From: Octopus bimaculoides
Taxonomy: Eukaryota
NCBI RefSeq assembly: GCF_001194135.2
Contig: NC_068984.1
Location: forward strand, 8,814,849-8,878,848
Length of the DNA stretch: 64,000 nucleotides
Direction: 5' to 3'
In this document: positions 12,831 through 26,890 of the stretch, piece by piece
Numbering within the stretch: position 1 is the first letter of the stretch
Layout: the number at the start of each line of letters is the position of its first letter
The notes under the pieces: model-generated
Database searches by the model: none
What the model saw: only the letters and a program-made list of their open reading frames with translations
What the model was told of the DNA's origin: nothing
Position numbers and translations under genes: made by a program

Positions 12831-13745
12831 ACTCCAGCGACAGCATCAACCATGATTTTTTTTTTTAATACTTCATTATTTTTGTGCTTCAGTTGCAACC
12901 ACATCTCTAACATCACCCTTACTACTTCTAATCCTGTCACAACAACAACAGCAATAATTACAACCAATGCTGTTGCTACTGTTGTTGTTGTTGCTCTTTG
13001 ACGTAGAGAGAAACGTTGAGATTTCTGTGTTATAAATTATAATTGCTGTCTTCCGATAAATGTTGGTCAACAATTGCAATATCCAGCAGTTAGCAAAGCA
13101 GAATGCAATTCAATAATTTTAGTTTACCTTCTTTCTCTTCCCCACTTTTCTCCCTCTCTCTTTCGCTCTTTCTCTCTTCATGTTTCTATTTTTCCCTCTT
13201 TACAGAGTAGCCTAGTAATAGTTATAACAGAAACTGCATTCAAACTCATGTATGAGAATAACGAAGACGAAAATCCTAAACGATATGAAAGGGTGAATGA
13301 CTTAGTTACATGCAAGGTGAAGTTAGTTGCTATAAAACAGCGATTAGATACTTAGAGATAGCTTTGCAAATGGTCACAGACAGAGACAGTAAACGCTATG
13401 TGCAGTGAGAAAGCGACGATGGATAAGAAAATACGCCACTTCAGACATTGAATTTCAACTCTTGAAACTGTTACAGTATCACAAATTGTATTGATCGTAA
13501 CTTGGATGTCTGTGAGTTTTGCTATTTGTTTATTTGTTTGTTTAACATTTTTTTCTCCATTACTTCGTTCAATATTCGTATAAAACTAAAACTGCATAGA
13601 ATCGTCCATATGTGGGTGTATTGTTCAGAAAACTGTGTATTGTAACAACACATTGAAATGTGCAGATTCTAAATGGATTCGAAACCCTTTATAGAACGAC
13701 TGAATTATAAATATGTCCAACGCAATTCAGTCACGATATATTACT

Positions 13746-13796
<51 letters not shown>

Positions 13797-13972
13797 CTAT
13801 CTATCTTCGATCGTTGACTGGACTTATTTAACTTCATTAATGCTATCTTTTAAAATTAATTTCTTGCATGATTATAAAGTCTAAATAATTCCGTTGTTTT
13901 TTGTTATGACGGAAAGTGGTGGGTGGCATTATATCGATCTTGTAATTGATTGGTAATATTTTATCCAGCTTA

Positions 13973-14190
13973 GGGCGGTGAGCTGGCAGAATGGTTAACC
14001 CGCTGGGCAAAATGCTTATCGGCATTTCGTCCGTCTTTACGTTCCGATTTCAAATTTCGTTGAGGTCGACTTTGCCATTCATCCTCTCGGGGGTCGTTAA
14101 AATATGTACCAGTTGAGCACTGGTGTTGATATAATTGACTTACTCCCAACCACGAAATTGCTAGCTTTGTGCCAAATTTTGGAATCAGTG
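13973..14190 (+). mobile_element. SINE family B (tail-3 variant)
   Basis: ggcggtgagctggcagaatggtt head, gaggtcgactttgccattcatcc body, aaattgctagctttgtgccaaattttggaatc tail. Confidence 0.8.
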
Positions 14191-16016
14191 GGATGTGAAT
14201 ACAGAACGGGAGAGGATATTTCAGGAAACCTTTGTACATCGCTGGATTGATTTTACCAACGAAAGATCCAAACATCCACTATTATCATCTTATTAATACC
14301 ACAAATAAATTTATTTGCAGTTAAATGGAATTATATGCAACGTTAAATATGGCCAACATAAGATGGCATCAGTCGAAATACTTCTCAGCATTTAGTTTCT
14401 TCTGTTTTATTCCAAAAAATGTGTCGATCCTTAAGTATTTTAAACGGTAGATAAAGATCAGCAAATCATTTTACTAGTTCTATGAGGATTCTGTTCTGAG
14501 AAATAAAATCTATTTGTGTCCGTTAAAGTATACCAACTAGGGTTGATGAAGGAGTAGGAGTGATGCACGAAAGTTACACAATTACATGATACATGCATAC
14601 ATGTGTTTGTGTGTGTGTAGTTCTATTCGGTTCTGAACAAGAATATACAACGATATCAGCATTGTTTGCATTGTAAAGCTTAAATAAAATGTAGTATTTT
14701 TAATAGAAACAAAAAAAAGAAGGGTTGTGCATAAAATGAAGTAATATTTATTTAAGCAGGTTTTTAAACTATGAATATGGCATCTGTTGACGAGTAGTCA
14801 TGTGATCTTATTGCCTGATCAGATTTGTATATTTGCATACAAGGTTTAGTTCAACACCGTATACAATTCGGGCGTGGTTGTTGCAGAAGTACAGTACAAA
14901 CGTAACACATAGAGGCACCGCTGAATTAACTATTTAACAAAATAAGTACGTGCTTAGAGCACCAAGGGAAGTAGAGGTACCAGAGAAATGGTAAATGGTG
15001 TACAGCACAACAGAAATCACTTTAAACTACTTGCTCAAATAATATGCAGCATGTCTTATCTCTAAGTTTAGAAGTAGATCTGTTAGGCATGATGAATTTT
15101 GAGGATCTGATCAAAACTTTGTAATTAAAAAGGTATAAGAATTTTTTTTTAATATAAATGAAGTGGAACTATACAAAAATAGATATTATTTTCTATCTTA
15201 CTGTTATATTTCGTTTTGAAAAATAAATATTCATTTTATGGTTTATTGTTGTTTATATCTTGTGAGCGTTTAGGGCCTTTATCGGTTTTAATACTACCCT
15301 GTATAGAGGCGTCATCTCCTGCGCTTCATACGTCTGGCGCCTGTTTTCCTGACAGGGGGGGCGGAGTTCGATATTTATTGGGATATAGAGATTCTATTGA
15401 AGGCTGTCTACAAGGCGATGTAATATAGGAATTAAACTGGAATACAGCAGCCTCTCTGAATTAACATGTAAGTGTTGTATTTAAATCCCTTCATAATAAT
15501 ATGAAATCAATATCGCGTTGTATTTTCAAATAACCCACCAACCACCTAACCGTGTTACAAGATCGGTAAATCAATGTGTTATTTATATAATGGTTCGATT
15601 CTTCTGACAATTCTCTTCCATTCATCCATCCATTTTCTCCGCCCACTATTTCTACGAGAATCATGCGTGTAGAGGTTACAAACATCTCTTCGACAGGCAC
15701 CTCTCAAAAGCAATCGTCATCACACTTTTCTTTCCGAGTTACTAAAGCCTGCTCCTTCCTGGACCTGCTTCGAGTTTCTAGGACACTTATCCTTTGTGGT
15801 CCCACCGCAAGCCTCTCAGTATAAGCTGCAAGTTTATTGCTGGTTTCAGCAACATTGGGTGAAGACTGTAATATATTTTTCGAATGAAGCCCCTCTACCT
15901 AACATTCGAACATGTCTTTTGTTAACCTGTGCGAGGGATGATGCAGAATTATCATTCTTTCAAACACTTTCAAATTGCAGCTTTTGATGGTCCTATTCCC
16001 ACCAGACACCAAGATA

Positions 16017-16165
16017 GTACACTATTTACGTTTTTCGGATATTTATCCTCATCTTGTTTGTTGTTAGCACAACGTTTCGGCTGATATACCCTCCAGCCTT
16101 CATCAGGTGTCTGGGTGTAAATAATGTACCTGATTCCTCGTCTCTTAAATATAGAACTGTATTAC
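16017..16165. mobile_element. Penelope-like terminal-repeat fragment with internal inversion
   Basis: Minus-strand segment homologous to 50302-50375, flanked by a 14-bp imperfect inverted repeat (16017-16030 / 16116-16129). Confidence 0.6.
16066..16111 (-). ncRNA. Minimal type-I hammerhead ribozyme-like motif (canonical core)
   Basis: GACAC CUGAUGA A GGCUG gaggguauau CAGCC GAAAC GUU GUGCU: canonical core, 5-bp stem II, loop-less palindromic ACGU stem III, stem I with one mismatch. Confidence 0.75.
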
Positions 16166-16312
16166 CAAGGTAGTCGTTGTTTTGGATCCACTTTCAATTG
16201 TTGTTTCAAGTATAAATTTGCTTTGGGTCAGTGAAGGAAAATCAAAGAAGAGTATGAAGTAGTGAAAGAGAGGCAGACGACTTTCGGGCTAATGTGTTAA
16301 AATATAGGTAAC

Positions 16313-16560
16313 GGTACGTGGCCTAGTGGTTAAGCATGTTGCATTACGATCCTGAGATCGAGGTTTCGATTCCCTGACAGACTGCGCGTTGTGTTCTTAA
16401 GCAAGGCACTTTATTTCACCATGCTCCAGTCCACTCAGTGGTGGGGGTGGGGAATGTCGGCCTGCTCCACCAGCCATCGGAGTAGCATCATTCAAATGCT
16501 AAAACGATGCAAAGTGCATTGTATAACAACATTCAATAGTATGGTCGATCACGTGATCAC
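16313..16560 (+). mobile_element. SINE family D
   Basis: gtggcctagtggttaa (A box), ggtttcgattcc (B box), gcgttgtgttcttaagcaaggcactttatttcac. Confidence 0.75.
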
Positions 16561-17489
16561 CTAGTGTTAAAATATACAATTTCGCTCTCTACGATTCTCA
16601 ATTAAACTACATCTATTAAGCGAACCCGGTTATACCAGACTTAAATGCTTTATACTAGCGACTCGGTAAAGGGCAATTAACTTTTCAGTTGGTAGTTCGT
16701 TATTCTATTCAATCGAATTTCGTTCTGCCTACCTCACATCAAAATAGTAAAGCTAGCAATAAAATGACAAAAAATAAAGAAAGAGGATAAAGAGTTGCGC
16801 TGATATATTTATAAATGCTTTCTTTATCGTTAGCGTTTACTTTCTGTTATTCGTTTCGCTGCTATGCAGCAGTTTTTGAAAATGAAACAAATCCGATAAT
16901 CCGATGCCCCCTAACTCATTGGTTATCAAAATAATAAGCATATTGAAACAATGCCAAAATTAGGATGTTTAAATTTTTGATATATTCAAGGGCCCTATAT
17001 TGTAAGATATATATCAAGGATTTCGAAATGCGCAGTAATGGAGACATATTGGACGTTAGCCAACTGAAGGCAGTGTGGAAATATACATAAATCTCTGAAG
17101 TTTGCTTTTAGTTAACGTATACTATATACATTAACAGTTGAAACAGTAAATAATTTGTTCAATTCTAAAATCAATTCTTCCTTTCACTCTGGTTTGCTTG
17201 TTAACTAAACAGATCTACTTTCATCACTTAATGCACCTAGAAGTTGTTTCACCCGTTGACGGTCAATTAGAATCAAATAAAGTAGTCTACAAATTGTCTG
17301 CATTTCTGTTCCGCTATCACAGAGACGAGCTCCGTATTAATCATGAAATATATATTACTTCAATATATTTGGTTTTGATATGAGAAAATTTCGTTGCCTC
17401 CCCAAAGGCAACGAACTGATACAGACGAGACGGTTAAATGGTTCACGAAAGTCCAGTTCTCCTGTCATTCAATAACATTATATAACAGT

Positions 17490-17552
<63 letters not shown>

Positions 17553-17582
17553 AGAGAAAGAGAGACAGAGACAGAGACAAAC

Positions 17583-17627
<45 letters not shown>

Positions 17628-17774
17628 TTAACAAAATCAAAAAAAACTTGCCTTCGTAGTCACTGATAGCATTTTCTTTGTGAACGTTTAATAAAGGTGT
17701 ACTATTTAGTTTAATGTTAAAATGTTTTATATACAACGATATCGAATATTACTACAAATGTCAATACACACACA

Positions 17775-17805
<31 letters not shown>
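17490..17805. repeat. (GATA)n/(GA)n and (CA)n microsatellites
   Basis: Direct reading. Confidence 0.93.
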
Positions 17806-17808
<3 letters not shown>

Positions 17809-19866
17809 CATGTTCGTTATTGTTTTCTTTCAAGATTTCTTGGCAATAGAGAAAGAACCGGTTTCTTACCTAGATCCAAGGCTCCTTCATTGGAATTTCA
17901 ACATCAACAACACGGTATTTTTTAATGTATGTACGTATAAGTGCAGATTTATATGTTTTGCTTTATGTATGTATTCTCATGCATATAGTTGCATAACTAG
18001 ACATGCTCATATACATTTAAATGATAAACTTCTTGAACGTTTAACAGTTTTTTAGAGTTCCACTTATGATTTGTATGCATGTATGTATGTATGTATTATG
18101 TATGTATGTACGCATGTATATATAAACTGTCAAATTGTTTGAAGTGATGTAGAGGTTTCATACATCAAGAAAAAGGAGCTAGTCAGAATTTTGGATAATT
18201 CTTTATTATCCATTTCTTCTCCTTCGTGGAGATTTAAGATAAGTTTTACCGAAAATTTATTTGCTTTTTATACAATCGAAAAGAGGATATCCAAAATTCC
18301 GCTTACCTCCTATCTTTCAATATAAATATATANNNNNNNNNNNNNNNNNNNNNNNNNNNNNNNNNNNNNNNNNNNNNNNNNNNNNNNNNNNNNNNNNNNN
18401 NNNNNNNNNNNNNNNNNNNNNNNNNNNNNNNNNACAAAGTAAAGTTATAAGATACCGCTCGGGTGCAAATATATATGAAAGGTTTGAAAATGCAATTTTA
18501 AAGATGTTTATTCACTTGACCGGTTTCACTTTTTTTAGAAAAAGATTGTCAAAAGTAAAATGTAAAGCTTTGTATAAGCTTTGTTGTGTTAAGTACTGGT
18601 TGTCACAAAAGTTTTAAAATACATATATACATTCTTTGATAAAAGTAAGAAAATGTTTAAAACAGTTTAAAAGAGAGTATTGAGCAAAACGTGTTTGGTA
18701 GTATATATATACACAGAAGGAGATATATTTAAGAATTTACAATAAATTGGAGAGGAAACGACCTGTCTTTTTAGCATGTTTCTCTCTTGTGTGTAGCTAG
18801 GGAATATATATATATATATATAGATATAACATATAGCAAGAAAGAACTTAGGAATTATTTGAGCAATATGTAGTTATATTCTTTTTAAAGAATCTTCTTA
18901 CTCTCCAAAAATGATATTTCCAGTTGCCGAGAGAATACGTTAATGAATAATTGGTTTTGCATGCTGCAGTATTTCCTTTGCTTGTAAAATTTTGAATGCG
19001 TCATGTGTGATAATATAAAGGATTTGAAATCTACATTACTTAAGTAGATATCACATTAATGGGAAGATGAAAAAGATAAATTGAAGCCTGATAAACTTTT
19101 GGGATTGCACATGCTCTTACTAATATGCTTTTCCTTGCGTTTCCGTTGAATAATCCATAAACAAATTTAAGGATGGAATTCAGTAAATGTGAAATAAAAT
19201 CGCAGGCGTGGATTCTCTCTCCCATGTCGTCGATGACAGATGAGGGTTCCACAATTTCCAGCTGAACAACCTGCACAGGTGACTAGTTTAATGTGATCAA
19301 ATGTTTCTGCTGTGCATTACCTCAATGTCAAATTGACATTGCCTGCACCGGTTGCACAGTGTGCCACACGTCAAATGTCAAAGTGATCGCAGGACAACTT
19401 GATGAAATGAGGTGCTTTTACTCCACAGCACAACGCAATACCCGTTCTTTAACTTGAGAGAGCAACACCCTCACTGCTAGCCACGCACCCGTGAAGTATC
19501 TATTCAGGTAGCTATGCAATAATATCCGAGACGTGAGAAGTTTTGAATTTTCTATTCAGTAGTCTATAGATTTTCTATAAAAATTATAGACTACACCGGT
19601 TTTCTTACGACGTTTCGAATCCTAGATTCCTGATGTAAACGACAACAATTAGATCAACGATGAAAAATAGGTAACGGACGTATTTGCCATATTTCAGGAG
19701 TTTTTGCTCCTTCACTAGCAGCCGTCCAACCCATTGATCATCCACGAACTCATTGCTTAAATAGCCACTAAACACAGCAGTGTAAGTATAGCAGATACAA
19801 AACATCGTAAAACTCAGTGCTAGTTATAATTTCTATGGAAAATCTTTAGTGATATCATTAACAAAT

Positions 19867-20291
19867 AATCTTTTCTACTCTAGGAACAAAGCTCGAAATT
19901 TGCGGGAAGGGAAACAGTCGATTAGACCGACCCCAGTACACAACTGGTACTTAATTTATCGACCACGAAAGGAGGCAAAGTTGACCTCGGCGGAATTTGA
20001 ACTTAAAACGTGAAGACAGACGAAATAACGCTAAGCATTTCGCCCGGCGTGGTAACGTTTCTTATTTCTTTACTGCCCACAGGGGGCTACACAGTGGGGT
20101 CAAACAAGGACAGACAAACGGATTAAGTCGATTATATCGACCCCAATGCGTAACTGGTACTTATTTAATCGACCCCGAAAGGAGGAAAGGCAAAGTCGAC
20201 CACGGCGAAATTTGAACTCAGAACGAAGCTGCAGACAAAATACCGCTAAGCATTTCACCCGCCGTGCTAACGTTTCTGCCAGCTCGCCGCC
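19867..20291 (-). mobile_element. SINE family B head-to-tail dimer (tail-2 then tail-1)
   Basis: Same layout as 5803-6229; junction at about 20061 reads ...cagtaaagaaataa/gaaacgttaccacgccggg. Confidence 0.9.
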
Positions 20292-21214
20292 TTCTAGGAA
20301 CAATTCTGCGTGTCAAACATATGAAGCATGTTGCCTGATTGTTAGTGTTCAGGTGAATCGCTTTAAAAAATAGCGAGTACATCCTTTACGGAGCGAGGAA
20401 ACTGATTTCTGCGGAAGCTCTGCGTCTTGTCGCAGTCGTGTGAAAGGCAAATATAATTAGTGTATCTTGAAGTTGACAAGTTTTATAATTCCGAAGAAAG
20501 GCTGGTTGTGACAGATGGGTGATATGCAGAATATAAGATATAACCCAACAAATCTAAACTGTTGGAGTTCAGAATGTTATAGTGAAATTTACAGAAATGA
20601 AGGGCAGGGAATTTGAAAAATCGATGATTCTAGAATTGGGCGAATGAGGTGAGTAATTTGATCATAGGGACTCGTGGTATTCTAATCAAGAAACCGATCA
20701 TCAATCCAAAGCAGCAAATAGATCCGAATACCGGATTATTTCAGAATTAAGATCAACAGAAATTAATTAAAATTAAGGAAACTAGATGGAGATGGAGAGA
20801 AAAGAAAATTAACAACTGCAGTAAGTTGAAGACCGAAACTATGGAATATCATTTGCCCCAAAATATTATATGTACATCTTATGTTACATGCATAATATAT
20901 AGATACATCCCTAGATTTCAGTATTTGAAATCAATATATATTTTCCTACTGATATTTCACTGATAACTAACGATTAAATGTTTTATTGATCTCTCGAGTG
21001 CATGCCAAGAAATCGATGGTTAATTAGACAGTGCCTGCATTGCACAGAGCGATGAGAAGTGACATCACTAGTATTAACGGACAGAAAGGGGTTTTACTAC
21101 TGGAATGTCGATCCCTTTTGCTACTTATTGGCCTTCATCCATCGCCTTGTTTAAAAGCATCACGTGGTAAATTGGGTGCTTTAAACAGAGCTGCGCTTTT
21201 AGGTTATCTATCTT

Positions 21215-21288
21215 CCCCGTGTCTCTTCCTTTCTGTTTCTCTTCTTGTATTTTTGTGTCTCAGGGTGTCTCAGGGTGTCTCACGGTGT

Positions 21289-21339
<51 letters not shown>

Positions 21340-21408
21340 CTCGCTTTTTTGTCTTTATCTTTCTATTTCTCTTTTTATTCCGCTTTGTCTCGTACTGCCT
21401 CTGATTTG

Positions 21409-21469
<61 letters not shown>

Positions 21470-21830
21470 TCTCTCTCAGACCCATTATCGTTCTCACTTT
21501 CTCTCCGTGTTTCTCACTGACTCACTTCTCACTTCTTGTCTCCCCCTGTCTCACTTTGTCTCTCTTTACCTCATTCTGCCTCCCTTTCTATCTCTCTCTT
21601 AGTCTGTGTCTCACAGTGTCTCAATTTTTAATTTTTCTATCTATTCTTCTCCTCGTCTTGTTTTGTCTCCCCCTCTATCTCTCTGTTACTCTCTTTGTAT
21701 GTCTTTGTCTCTTACTGCCTCTCTATCCTCTCTCTCTCTCTCTCTTTCTCTCTCGCTTTCTTCCTCTGTCTCTCACTGACTCAGTTCTCTTTTTTCGCCT
21801 CCCTTGTATCCCTTTATCTCTCACTACTTT
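21215..21830. repeat. (CT)n-rich low-complexity tract
   Basis: Direct reading; source of the 270-aa L/S/F-rich ORF. Confidence 0.93.
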
Positions 21831-22395
21831 ACCTCCAAACTGAAACGCTAAAAAAAATCTGTTACAATTATGATAACGCATTCGATGTCTCGTGACATAA
21901 AATATCCATGAACACACTCAAATTGTGACACTAATATTTAACAACAAACGAACAAGTACGAATTTTATGTCGCTGGGTTACTTACAGACCTACTACACAA
22001 TTGCACAACATAATCAACATACATAATAAGAAAGTAATTAATCTCCTGGGACTTTCATGAAAATATAACCAAAATTACGAGTTTTAAATGTGTACATGAA
22101 TTGTTTGAGCATATAAATATCAACAAAAGCTTAATATTTTATAATAAAGCTTATATAATTCCCATATAACAGGGTGACATCATTAAAATTGTAAATTTAA
22201 TTTTGAAGTGTTTTTATGTAGAATATTTTCATAGCTTAATTAGAAGTCAGGATAAAGGAAAATGAATTTATGTTCATGATGAATATATGTGATACATAGA
22301 ACGAGTTTATGATGGGTTTGTATCACTGTATAGTTACATACATGCATATATGCATACATACATATATATACATATACATACATATATATATATAT

Positions 22396-22433
<38 letters not shown>

Positions 22434-22520
22434 NNNNNNNNNNNNNNNNNNNNNNNNNNNNNNNNNNNNNATAAATATATATATATATATGTATATATAT
22501 AAAGAGAGAGAGAGAGAGAC

Positions 22521-22563
<43 letters not shown>

Positions 22564-22822
22564 TGTGCTTGTGTGTGCGTGTGTGTGTGTGTGTACATAT
22601 ATGCATACATACACTCACATATCGACATATATATGTATATATGTATGTATGTATATATATATGTATAATGCATGTATGTATATATGAACATATTTATTTA
22701 TATGTATATATTTAGACACATACGGACACGCTGACACAAGGGCACCCACTCCACTCTGTCCACACATACACACTTATATGCGTGTACGTATGTGTACATC
22801 TAAGCGTAGATGAATAAATGTT

Positions 22823-22984
22823 ACATACATACATATATAAATATACAAGTGTCTATGTCGGAACGACAGTGCTTGCATTACTAGATTTGCTTTTAGTCAG
22901 TAATACATACACACACATATATACATACATATATAAATATACAAGTGTCTATGTCGGAACGACAGTGCTTGCATTACTAGATTT
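22823..22984. repeat. 96-bp tandem duplication ending at an N gap
   Basis: caagtgtctatgtcggaacgacagtgcttgcattactagattt occurs identically at 22846 and 22942. Confidence 0.85.
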
Positions 22985-23765
22985 NNNNNNNNNNNNNNNN
23001 NNNNNNNNNNNNNNNNNNNNNNNNNNNNNNNNNNNNNNNNNNNNNNNNNNNNNNNNNNNNNNNNNNNNNNNNNNNNNNNNNNNNNNNNNNNNNNNNNNNN
23101 NNNNNNNNNNNNNNNNNNNNNNNNNNNNNNNNNNNNNNNNNNNNNNNNNNNNNNNNNNNNNNNNNNNNNNNNNNNNNNNNNNNNNNNNNNNNNNNNNNNN
23201 NNNNNNNNNNNNNNNNNNNNNNNNNNNNNNNNNNNNNNNNNNNNNATATATATATATATATAGATGCACATGAGCCTATACGTACATACAAACATACATA
23301 CACACGTGACTACATATGCATATGTCCATTATATAATACAGAGATTACAATCACATATACATCGGTTGGTCATGTGCTCCACATAAACTATAAAGAAATA
23401 CGAATATAATTTCAGCTTCCAACAGCGTGTTCGATTCTTTCTGTTGAATGTTGTAAAGAGGTCCATATGTCATAGGATATCGTTGACAAGCCATGGCAAA
23501 TTCTCATTTTTAATCCATTACAATATACTGTATACGTATATATCTATCAGGTCTACAGCGTGATATGCCAAAGGAAATTATTCGATATTGCATAAAACTA
23601 TCAGCAGTTACATTTGAGTTTAGATTGAAACTAGTCGCGGTGCCAGATTACCGTTCTTATTTAATGATGAGTAATAGAATCTCTGAACAGAAGTGTTACG
23701 CATTATATGTATGTTTATATATATATATATGATACACAGACATGTGTATGTATGCATCCCTATCG

Positions 23766-23830
<65 letters not shown>

Positions 23831-23878
23831 TTTGTGTGTATATACATATATATATATATATGTGTGTGTGTATATGTG

Positions 23879-24005
23879 TATAACATGTATGCATGTACGT
23901 ATTTGTGCATGTACCTATGTTAGTATATGTACATAGACATGTTTGTGTAAGCGTGTATATACGAATAAGTAGAAAGATAGATAGATAGATATACACACAT
24001 ACGCG

Positions 24006-24059
<54 letters not shown>

Positions 24060-24155
24060 ACATGTATGTATGTACGTATCTGTGCATGTACCTATGTAAG
24101 CGTATGTACATATGTTTGTGTATGCGTGTATATACGAATAAATAGATAGATGGAT
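23879..24155. repeat. Local duplication (period about 177 bp) of microsatellite-derived sequence
   Basis: tataacatgtatg.atgtacgtat.tgtgcatgtacctatgt...gcgtgtatatacgaataa occurs near 23879 and 24056. Confidence 0.8.
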
Positions 24156-26039
24156 AGCAATAGAGAGATGAGCGGGTAAGATATCCATTATGATTAGACA
24201 TGCCAGGTGTAGGGAAGCGGTTGGGGGTGTGAGTTCTATGATGAAATATAGAAGAGAATATAACGGATGCATTGTATCTCGTAAAGAAAAACAGTGATGA
24301 AACAATCCGCCATTTTGGAGCTTGTACTTTTATGTTCTGAAACCGAAATCAATATTATGTTAAATATTATATATTTTCATGTAAAACTGAGAATCAATTG
24401 AAATTTAGTGTTGCCTTTATGTTAGAATCCTATCTGTTTTTATGTCGTTATATACTTTTTTATGTGCGATTTTGGATTCACACATCAAAAGGCAATATAT
24501 CTCTTATTTTTTTTTAAATCATGAAACCCAAACCTGAATTTACAACGATTTCAAATAGGGAACGTAAGGACGGTAGAGGATTGGTATTATATTACTGTTA
24601 CTGTTGTTCTGGTTGTTGTTGCTCGGCCCATTGTCCTGTTTTTGTCGACCTATGTTTTATAGCACCCTAGGCGTAACGATGTCGACCTTTTGATTTCAGA
24701 CTGACACTGTATTGTGTATTGCGTCCTTCTTTATGAAGACGGTAGGACGTAATGCTAAAAACAAAACTGCTCCTATATTTAGCAAGAAGGAGGCAAAGTA
24801 GCGGAATCTTTAGCATGTCCGACATAGCATACTTAGAGAGATTTCTCCCGGTTCTTTCAGTTCTGAATTCAAAGACAAATGGAGTCAGTTTTGACACTCA
24901 TTCTTTTGGGGTTGATAAATTAATATCAAGTCTTCTCCCTAAATTGCTGGCCTTGGACCTTGCAACAAGCTGACGACCCCTTGAAGGGTATGTTGTGATC
25001 TTAGTTACTTATACGCCATGCAAAAACTGGGTGAGTAATCTTATGACATCTAGAGCTCGTGAAAAACTAATATCTAGCAGGACTAGTGAATACAAATCGC
25101 CTCTCGTTATTACACAGAGCGAAAGATATTTGTGTTAATGTTTAAAAGACGCTGAACCTAATTTAACTTTCATGTATTCTAGCAAAATATTGAAATAAAA
25201 TAACCGTGGATGTTTAAGTATATTGTTTGTGTTCGGAATCTTGAGAATAAAATAAAATGAAATGGGATGGAGGACTCTCTAAGATAATTTCTAACTTACA
25301 TGAAAGGTATTAAGATTAGACAGAGTGTATATAAACATGCACACCATTTAATGTTTTTGTATAGAACCATAAGTATGAGGTAATTCTCAGAGTAGAGGAG
25401 ATATTTGCTAAGATTGTGAGTAAGTGTCGGTACACACAGACACACACACACATATGTACATATATATATATATATATATGTGCAAGCATTTATGTACATA
25501 TGTTTGTATGTATGCGTGTGTTTGTGTTGATATGTGTCTGTGAATATAAATATCTATATATGTGAGTGTATGTGTGTGTGTGAGCATATATGTGTATGTA
25601 TATATATGTGTGTGTACGTGTGTGGCTGTATGGAAATATATGTACTTTTATGTATCTGTGTATCTCTGTATCTATGTATGTGTCTGCATGTGTCTAGTTC
25701 TTTGCGCAATAAAAGTATATTCAACGTAATACACACTTTTTCCGAAACTATAATAATTTGCCAAAAGTTATTGATTTTACAATCGGGAAAAATTTATGTT
25801 CAAAATGTTATTATTAGATCGATCGGTTATGTGTAATGCAGAAATGTAAGCATGATATATCTATTTCAACCGATATCTTTAAAACCCCTAATTATAATAG
25901 ATATTTCTACAAAATCATCCCCACCACCACCACCTCACTATTGAAAATTTTGTAATATGAGCCAAATTTTGTAATATGAGTGATTTGCATGAAACAGCAG
26001 CCAAAAACTCTCTGTTGATTTGTCTATTACGTTTTACTT

Positions 26040-26466
26040 GTTTTTTTCATGAGATTCGGCCATGCTGGAGCACTGCATTGTAGAATTTTTAGTCGAATGG
26101 ATCGACACAAGTACTTTTTTTTTTAAACCTGGTACTTATTTCATTGATCTCTTTTGCCAAACTGTTGCGTTGCGGGGACGTAAACACACCAACACCGGGT
26201 GTCAAGTTGCGGTGGGGGACAAACACAGACACAGACATACAAATATGTATACACACACACACACACACGCATATATATATATATATGTATGTATATACAC
26301 TGGACAGGCTTCTCTTAGTTTCCGTCTACCATATCCACTCTCAAGGCTGTGGTCGACTCATGGCTATAGTAGAGGACACTTACCCAAGGTGACACGCAGT
26401 GGGACTGAACCCGGTGTCACGTGACTCGGAAGCAAGCTTCTTACCACGCAGACACACCTGCGCCTG
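26040..26466 (-). mobile_element. SINE family A variant, full length
   Basis: All A segments are present on the minus strand; the 3' domain is of the gtcgatccattcgac subtype. Confidence 0.85.
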
Positions 26467-26540
26467 TTTCGTGAAATGAAAAAGAATATTGCGCATAGTA
26501 GCCCCCGCGTTCCCCTAAAAACACACGATGTCGTAGTTAG

Positions 26541-26733
26541 GCGAGCTGGCAGAAACGTCAGCACGCCGGGCGAAATGCTTTGCGGTATTTCGTCTGTCTT
26601 TTATGTTCTGAGTTCAAATTCCGCCGAGGTCGACTTTGTCTTTCATCCTTTGTCGATATAATCGACTTAATCCGTTTGTCTGTCCTTGTTTGTCCCCTCT
26701 GTGTGTAGCCCTTTGTGGGCAGTAAAGAAATAA
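26541..26733 (+). mobile_element. SINE family B (tail-2) with 14-bp target-site duplication
   Basis: gatgtcgtagttag at 26527-26540 and again at 26734-26747; internal deletion between two gtcgata motifs. Confidence 0.93.
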
Positions 26734-26890
26734 GATGTCGTAGTTAGATGGTCGGTTATTTTAGATGTGCAAAAAGGGGTTTGACTCCGCACTGAACATC
26801 GAAAACAATAACAACATCAAAATCATTGAATACAACAACCAAACATAAAGGGAAAGGTCTTTGCACGAGCTATATACCTCATATTGTTAT

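Noticed and set aside
17390-17415. Perfect 10-bp stem hairpin ttcgttgcct-ccccaa-aggcaacgaa
   Set aside because: No CTRR Helitron end or second copy in the window; isolated.
19121-19270. 150-bp open minus-strand segment bounded by AG and GTAAGA
   Set aside because: Weak polypyrimidine tract and no recognisable protein similarity; expected by chance in 64 kb.
22823-22984. 96-bp direct repeat as a possible CRISPR-like or minisatellite array
   Set aside because: Only two identical copies, ending at a gap, with no spacers; probable local duplication or assembly overlap.
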